Below are positions 55,400 to 64,000 of a stretch of DNA of 64,000 nt, one piece after another; the stretch's first letter is position 1, and every line of letters begins with the position of its first letter. The DNA comes from Eledone cirrhosa (lineage: Eukaryota). The DNA lies in NCBI GenBank assembly GCA_964016885.1, contig OZ024740.1:325128001-325192000 (forward strand), read 5' to 3'. The notes under the pieces were generated by a model, which worked only from the letters and a program-made list of their open reading frames with translations, had not been told where the DNA came from and made no database searches. The translations under genes were made by a program, and so were the position numbers.

Positions 55400-55437
55400 C
55401 GAGAACAATTGTTTCACCTTAGCGGATCCTCAGCTCG
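55400..55437 (-). ncRNA. Minimal type I hammerhead ribozyme
   Basis: Minus strand: CGAG CTGAGGA tCC gctaa GGt GAAAC AATT GTT CTCG. Confidence 0.8.
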
Positions 55438-55532
55438 TAATGGACATGGTTATGTTGTGCAACCACTTCTACCTAACTCATCCTATGGACTGAGTGCTCT
55501 ACCACTACGGATATTACCTTCCAGTGTTCTAC

Positions 55533-55580
<48 letters not shown>

Positions 55581-55979
55581 AGAGAGCGAGAGCGATGGGA
55601 GATGTGTGTATCATATGTATATATATATCTATCTATATCATATATTCTCCAACTTGAACGACAGATAGGTTATAGACGTTAAGTTGAAGCGAAGGCGATA
55701 AACCATTAGACTTGCTGGTTGATAGTTTACATATTTCTAGAGTAACGATATGACAGAGAGGAAATTCCTTTGGCCTCGTAAAGCTTTCATGATTCGTAGA
55801 CAGCAAGAATGTTTGTGATGTTTATGTGGGAATATAATTAACCAACCTAGACGTCATATTTGTGCTGTTTAGGCAGTTAGACGTTTAATATTTCGTTTCG
55901 TTTCACTTAAAATTCTAATGGAGACTTATAGTTGATATCAGGCTAGTCAACGGATCTTTTCAAGTTGATGGCTATATAC

Positions 55980-56043
<64 letters not shown>

Positions 56044-56157
56044 TGGGTGTGTATGTCTGTGGAGAGAAACAGAAAGTGCTTACACATACACATGTATATA
56101 TATATATATATGTGTGTGTCTGTGGAGAGAAATAGAAAGTGCTTACACATACACATG

Positions 56158-56249
<92 letters not shown>

Positions 56250-56362
56250 CATATATATATGTGTATACATATACACATGTGTATATAGATACATACATAT
56301 ATATACATGTATACATATATACACATGTGTATATATATACATATATATACATATATATATAC

Positions 56363-56397
<35 letters not shown>

Positions 56398-56450
56398 CTT
56401 ATATATATATAAATATGTATATATACATATATACATATATATATGTATAC

Positions 56451-56495
<45 letters not shown>

Positions 56496-56914
56496 CATAT
56501 ATATATGCATATATATATATACATATATATATATACATATATATATATACATATATATATATACATATATATATATGCATATACATACATATATATATAT
56601 ATACGTATATATATATATTTATATATATATACATACATATATATATACACACATTCACGGTACTTAAAATAAAATATTTTTTTTTTTAAATTAAATTACG
56701 TTACTTAACTAGCTTTCTATATTCTGTATGACATACAAACAAAATGAAAAACACACGTGTGTGTCTCTCGTCTAAAAGAATATCTAATAGAATGGAAACA
56801 AACCCGTTTAAAACGCAAAGATACGTAAATTAATCGCGTCAAAATACAGATACTGATCTTTCACATAGGTTTTTTGGTAATTTTAAGAAGTTAGCACTTT
56901 CCGGACAAGAGACC

Positions 56915-57538
56915 GAGACACCATGTTGACATTATGGACTATTGCTCCCAGTAGTGGTCGTCCTATAGTGTCAAACCAACCACGGAGCTTGAGGCAATCC
57001 AGCGAAGCTACACCAAGATGATTGCGATGATGAAGGAGATAAGCTACTGGAAGAGGCTAAAACAACTGAACCTCTACTCATTGGAACGAAGACGGGAGAG
57101 ATACGCAGTGATCTACATGTGGAAAATCTTGGAGGGACTAGCAGCAAACTTTGGCATTGGGAGCTGGACCAACCCCCGAACAGGACGTCACTGTGTGGTG
57201 CCAAAGGTCCCGTCTTCCACATCTAGTATAAGGAGCAGATATTGCAATAGCCTGGGGTTCAAGGGCCCTCAACTCTTCAACAAGCTGCCGAGGGATCTGA
57301 GAGATCTGCATGGTGTGGATATGGATATTTTCAAGAAACATCTCGACACCTTGCTATCGAGGATCCCGGATGAGCCCACAGCAAGGCACGAAGGAAATGC
57401 AAAGGCAGAAGCAACGAACTCCCTCTTGCACCAGTGGCCAACCAATCCAGGCTGGAGATAAAATGTGTAGCAACAAGGGCGGTGCCCCAGAATGGCCTCA
57501 GCCGGATGGCTGGAACAGGTAAAAGAGTAAAAGAGTAC
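56915..57538 (+). mobile_element. CR1-group LINE 3' fragment
   Basis: [62 protein letters not shown]. Confidence 0.85.
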
Positions 57539-58222
<684 letters not shown>

Positions 58223-58234
58223 TTCTCATATATG

Positions 58235-59455
58235 GGTGGCACGAACATGACTTATTAGTCCTTCCAATGACGTAGATTCCTTTCTACATATGCTGCAATG
58301 AAATAAGAAAATTAATCACATGCAATGGTCACGCAACACACGTTAAAGGCGTTCAGATCAAGAGATACCAGTGCTTGAAGCTTTATTAAGTGAAGAAAGG
58401 TCTTGCACTAGACCAACTGTGACAGGTGTTGAAAAGGAAGAATATCATCATTGGCTGCCATCGAGTCGCATGTTTTACGTTAAGGTATTCCTTCTTCAGG
58501 AATGATGTTCTAACAAGAACTGTGGGTATCTCGCTCCCGGTGGGCTAACCGTGCGCTGAGGCACCAAACCGAGTATTTCTATGTTCCCGCGTATACATAT
58601 ATACATAATCAAAAGCTCACCACCCAGGGAAATTCCCAGCAATACCGCACCGCATCCATGAGTGATAAACTGCATGTATATCAGCAAAAGCTCATGCATA
58701 TGTTGCCAGGAAGCTCCAGAGTGAGAGTAATATAGTTGAGCCAAGTAGTCTATCTTGGAGCAACAACCGTTATATTGGCTCCCACTTTGGAGGATATAAT
58801 TCAGCAATCCAAGAACAGGAAATCAACACAAAATACCTGATTCACAAAAGAGATACAAGTACAGATTCTGCAGAATTAGTACGAAAGATGTCACCCATTT
58901 CATAAGCACCTGCCCAAAGATGACATCGCGGTACTATCTACCTATGAGGCATGATGTAGTGACCAAAATACAGTACAATGCAATCCGTAGAAAAGATAGC
59001 CCAGATAATAAACACATTAAAAGCTACAGCAATGTGGAAGACATGCATATACATTATATATGAAAGAGTACTGGTGAAATGTTCCAGTAAAAACCCCAAT
59101 AAAATGCAGGCATAACAGACCAGATATAATGATATGGGACAGGGAAAAGAAGGCATGCACAGTAGTGGAAGTTACCTGCCCAGCAGATGCCAATATAATA
59201 TTAAAGATCAACGAAAGTAGAATATTTATGCAGAACTAATGAGAAATCTACAGATACTCCACCCTTATTATAACTGCAGATTTATACCTGTGATTATTGG
59301 TGCACTGGGATATGTTAGTAACTACCTCAGTATACATCTTGAGAAGCTAGGCTTCACAGAAACAGAGAGAACACAACTAGTTAGGAAATTACAAGTACAA
59401 TTCATTAATGGAACAGTAAAAATATGTAAAACATTCCCAAAATTCTGCATCTAAT
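58235..59455 (+). mobile_element. R4-clade non-LTR retrotransposon 3' fragment, decayed
   Basis: CCHC-like RFCRISTKDVTHFISTCP, RHDVV, HNRPDIMIWD..VEVTCPAD and FIPVIIGALG. Confidence 0.78.
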
Positions 59456-59649
59456 AACTGCATATATACGGAGGTGGCGGTGAATCGATAGAGGGGGCCC
59501 TGGTGCCTGAGGGGTACGTGGGGGTGCTAGAGATGATATAATAGTATATTAAATATCAAATGATACATATTAAATATATATATAGTAAAATAAAAAAAAT
59601 ATATTTATTTACACACAGTAAATATTATATTATTCATTATATATAAAAT

Positions 59650-59905
59650 AATTGTTTCTACGTATGGCACAAGACCAGCCATTATCCAGTGCATTACTGT
59701 TACTTTATTTTATCGACCCCGTAAGGATGAAAGGCAAAGTTAACCTCGGCGGGATTTGAGCTCAGTATGGCAATATATATATAAAATAATGATTTCATAT
59801 ATAAAGGTTAACTTTGCCTTTCATCCTTACGGGGTCGATAAAATAAAGTACCAGTAATACACTGGGATAATTGCTGGTCTTGTACCAAAAGTAGAGACAA
59901 TTATA
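59650..59905. mobile_element. Two Meta-type SINE pieces in inverted orientation
   Basis: 59650-59765 (-) and 59805-59900 (+) share the core and can pair. Confidence 0.8.
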
Positions 59906-60315
59906 TATAAAATAATGATTTTATTTATTATATATTATTTACATTGTGCATGTAGGCAGGTTTCTCTGGAAATAGGGGTGGGGGCGCTGAGGGTATCACG
60001 TGGCCGAGAGGCGGGGGAAAAGGTTTGATTACCTCTGTCCTAAATTGATGCAAAATGTATTACTCACGTTCTACTAATACGGTCGTGCTCTCCATATATT
60101 TTCCGTATTATTTTAATATAATTGCTTTCGGTTGTTTTTAATTCATTTATACCACCTAACCTTATATTAATTGATATTGGTCTAGGGAAATTCCTTTTTG
60201 AGCTCCTTGGTATATTTCTGCGAAAGGAAACACTCTTTTGTCGTATTCAGGGAAATATCTAAATATCTAAATAATATATATAAACGCATCCCAATGGAAA
60301 GACGAGATAATCTTT

Positions 60316-60405
<90 letters not shown>

Positions 60406-60629
60406 TCGTGGTAATTCTTCATATTTTCCACACATGTGTGTGACCTTTAATATTGTTGCACATATCATTAACGTACATATCACTCTGTATTTATATACGT
60501 ATGTTTGTACAAAGGTTTGTATGTGCATTTGTATGTATTAATATATATATGTGTGTGTGTGTGTGTGTATGGTAAAAGAAAAATGAGGGAGGAGGGGAAG
60601 AGACTCACGTTAATATACTATACTCACAG

Positions 60630-60713
<84 letters not shown>

Positions 60714-62603
60714 TCACATATACATTTACATATATACTTATTGCTAAGTGCACACTTCCATATATGCGTGACTTAATATTAATTTATAGTTATAGAGATT
60801 CCTTACTTTACGTTGACATATGCCGGATAGACTTACATATTAAGCTAGAGTTGTCAATCCAACTTACTTATATACTCAAGTGGTGTATAATCTTGCTGGA
60901 ATAAATTGGAAATCTAAGACAGAAAATGACTGGCGCAGAGCTAAAAATATAACTGGGCGCCATTTTGTTTTGATTTGGTTTCTATTTTGTTATGTTTTTC
61001 TATTTGTACTTGATCTGTTTTCAAGAATCATAGAAAATATTTCTATTTCTATCATGGTATTGTGAAAAAAAAAAATCAATTTTGATATATTTCTTTTACA
61101 AAATCGATTTGGTTCCTTACATAAGCTGAAGGTCTTAGCCTAATCGAAGGATTGCGACTGTGTGACGTTCATGTCTTTGTTAACGGAATTAATGTCTTCG
61201 CAGAAGTTACATATTTTCAATAAGTACTCCGTATAATGAAATACAGCACGGCCGAATACTTAAGACGTTCGTTTCGCAATCATAAGGTTCCGAGTTCGAG
61301 CAAGTATCTTTTACCATGTCCTCGTGCGGACTCAAGTCTTGAATGTAGAAGGAAACTGTTTGAAAGCCTGGTAATACAAATAGTCAGCCTTATGTTACAC
61401 TGTGTCGTACTGAATCTCTTTGATATTTTCATTATGGAAACACGTGTCTGTGGAATACTCAGTCACTTGCATGTTAATTCACCAAGAGGTTATTCCATTG
61501 ATAAAGCAACTGAACACACACATCTTCGAATTCTGAGTTAGTTCATTTTAGTAAGCTAAAAGAGGTTGTTAAGAGCGTCGAGTAGAATATCGTATGGCAT
61601 ATGTTCAGGTTCTCAGGGCTCTGAGCTCAAATCCCGCCTCTTACAACTTTTCTTTTCATCTATTCGCTTTTCTTTTTTAATAAAGTACCAATCCATGACA
61701 GTAGATTGGGAGAAATGTTTGAAATGTCTTGCGGTATATATTGTGTTGTTGTTGCTTAAATGATGACGTTGTGCCGAGTTAAAAAGAAAATGTTCATATG
61801 AGTGGTTAATCCATTCGTCTTAAAGTAGTTATATTGTTTATCCCTACTGTTGTGTTCCTTGTTTTGTCTAACGTTTCCTCGCGTATCCTGTGTACAGACC
61901 AAAAGGTTTCAACTCTGATGAAACTTTAATACAAAAACGTCAACACGAACATCAAAATAACTGATGGAATAACAATACTAAGACAGAGCAAATTTCACAG
62001 GGATGTCCAATACCATCCATCATCTGTAGATGTAATAAACTAACTGATTGAGGAAACAGCAAAATACAGTAACCCTTCTTTTGTCTAGTGTTCATTGGTT
62101 ATTAGATATAATCTATAGAGATCAGAGCAGGCTTAAATGTATGACAGAAACAAAGCAATAAATACTTTGAAACTGACATCTTTATATGAGTTTTGAAAAA
62201 CCTCAAAATACTTACTCCAATTATTTAGCTTTTTCATTGCAAACTGAGAATTGGACAGTATACTATGTTGCAGAGACAAAGGGTCGATATAATCGACTAA
62301 ATCAAGGCACTCTTCTAGCATAGCCGCAGCCTAATGGCTGGAGCCAGTAAAATACTAAAGATTCAACAGACCTGCATTGTTGACTTTTGACGTGAAAATT
62401 CCCTCTCTAAATGCAAATGAAACCTATCGTTTCAACTTGCAATCAATAAATTATACATCATATAGGTGATGGTATATGATACTGAATCCTGCAAACATCA
62501 ATGAACTGACAGAGAAACCAAATACTACCACGAGAAATAATCAATTTATGTATCATGCAGAAATGATATGATCAGGATGACTATAAGCGTCGTACATATA
62601 TAT

Positions 62604-62646
<43 letters not shown>

Positions 62647-62818
62647 AGTGTGTGTGGGAGTCTGTATGTGTGTGTATGTGTGTATATGTGTGTGTATGTG
62701 TGTGTGTGTGTAAGTGGTAGTATATACACATTCATACAGTCCTAAGCACGCAAGCAACCAAGTAATTGCATATATTCATTTGCAAATATATATATATATA
62801 TATACACATATATATATA

Positions 62819-62888
<70 letters not shown>

Positions 62889-62944
62889 CATTTAACATTT
62901 AATGTTCTACCATACTATTTCATTATAATATCATTATGATTTTA

Positions 62945-63045
62945 AAGGTTGACTTTGCCTTTCATCCTTACGGGGTAGATAAAATAAAGTACCAGTAATG
63001 CACTGGGTAATTGCTGGCCTTGTGCCTAAAGTAGAAACAATTATG
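62945..63045 (+). mobile_element. Meta-type SINE 3' half
   Basis: aggttgactttgcctttcatccttacggggtagataaaataaagtaccagtaatgcactggg..gtagaaacaatta. Confidence 0.8.
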
Positions 63046-63104
63046 ATTTTAAAGGATTGTAAATAAAACGAGTAAATCAGACAAAGTTGGAATTCCTTTT
63101 ATTA

Positions 63105-63176
<72 letters not shown>

Positions 63177-63388
63177 ATGACTCTGTGTGTGTGTGTGTGT
63201 GTACATATAAGTATTACCGAAGAAGCGTTAGTGGTAACTTTATAAACGCGTGTTATATCAACCATGGATGTTTCATTAACACATCCTCAGAAATTCACAC
63301 ACATACACATATACATCTATATATATATATATACACATACACACACACACATATACACACATATATACATACATATACATACATATAT

Positions 63389-63482
<94 letters not shown>

Positions 63483-64000
63483 ATTCCCTATTTCCTGGAC
63501 GTTCATCCATGACAAGCTGACATTCTCAAACGGACAAACATCTGAATCTAATTACCGCCATATTTTTTACTTACAACTGTGTAACATATTTCCTTGTTTT
63601 TCCTGAAATTACTGAGCGTAAAACAATATTGACGTCACGACACTATACTCCAAGCATTCACAGTTATAAATATTCCTATTTTGACAACCGTTTCCGAATA
63701 TACGATTCCTCAATTATTTCCAAATATTTTTAATTAGTCATCATTTTCTCTTTGGAAATATTAATTATCAAAGATGACGTACAAAATTGAGGTAGACCTC
63801 ATCGCGACGTCAAACAATCCGGTAACGATGTTTATATTTTAACAGCCGTTTCCGATCCTAAATTTACTTGATTTCTTTATTTTAAAATAATTATAATTTT
63901 CTCTCTGTTATCCAGAAAAGGAAACAATGTTGCTATTTGTCTTTGCGTTGCTGAAACTCTCTGCTGGTTGCAAATTCTGACAGAATGAAGCGGCATTTTA

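Noticed and set aside
59470-60045. hAT-like MITE ends around the inverted SINE pair
   Set aside because: Only the right end resembles a hAT TIR; no matching left TIR or 8-bp TSD was found.
63256-63296. Minus-strand CTGAGGA..GAAAC..GTT hammerhead-like string
   Set aside because: No convincing stem II or stem I pairing.
63630-63637. TGACGTCA CRE motif
   Set aside because: A single 8-mer is expected by chance in 64 kb, and there is no promoter evidence.

Overview
AT-rich eukaryotic non-genic DNA, probably from an octopus or other cephalopod (inferred from the SINE families, composition and microsatellite load). No host protein-coding gene can be supported, and most of the supplied ORFs are translations of (TA)n, (TG)n and (CAT)n tracts. 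The window is a mosaic of microsatellites and retroelements. These include a near full-length but disrupted Naiad-type Penelope-like element (PLE, 14252-16386), a 5'-truncated Penelope/Poseidon-type PLE with an inverted pseudo-LTR (47406-49345) and two further Naiad 3' fragments. There is also a near full-length L1/Tx1 LINE with a truncated tandem sibling (28880-35759), R4/Dong, RTE, CRE and CR1 fragments, many SINEs, Tc1/mariner MITEs, a probable non-autonomous Helitron and a 5S rRNA pseudogene. The most striking signal, read by eye, is at least 16 type I hammerhead ribozyme (HHR) motifs of about 10 different sequence types. Most lie in fold-back (palindromic) units bordered by (TA)n that carry one ribozyme on each strand, and some have variant catalytic cores (CAGAAGA, CAGTTGA) or very long stem II arms. 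All assignments come from manual motif recognition; no database searches or folding programs were run.
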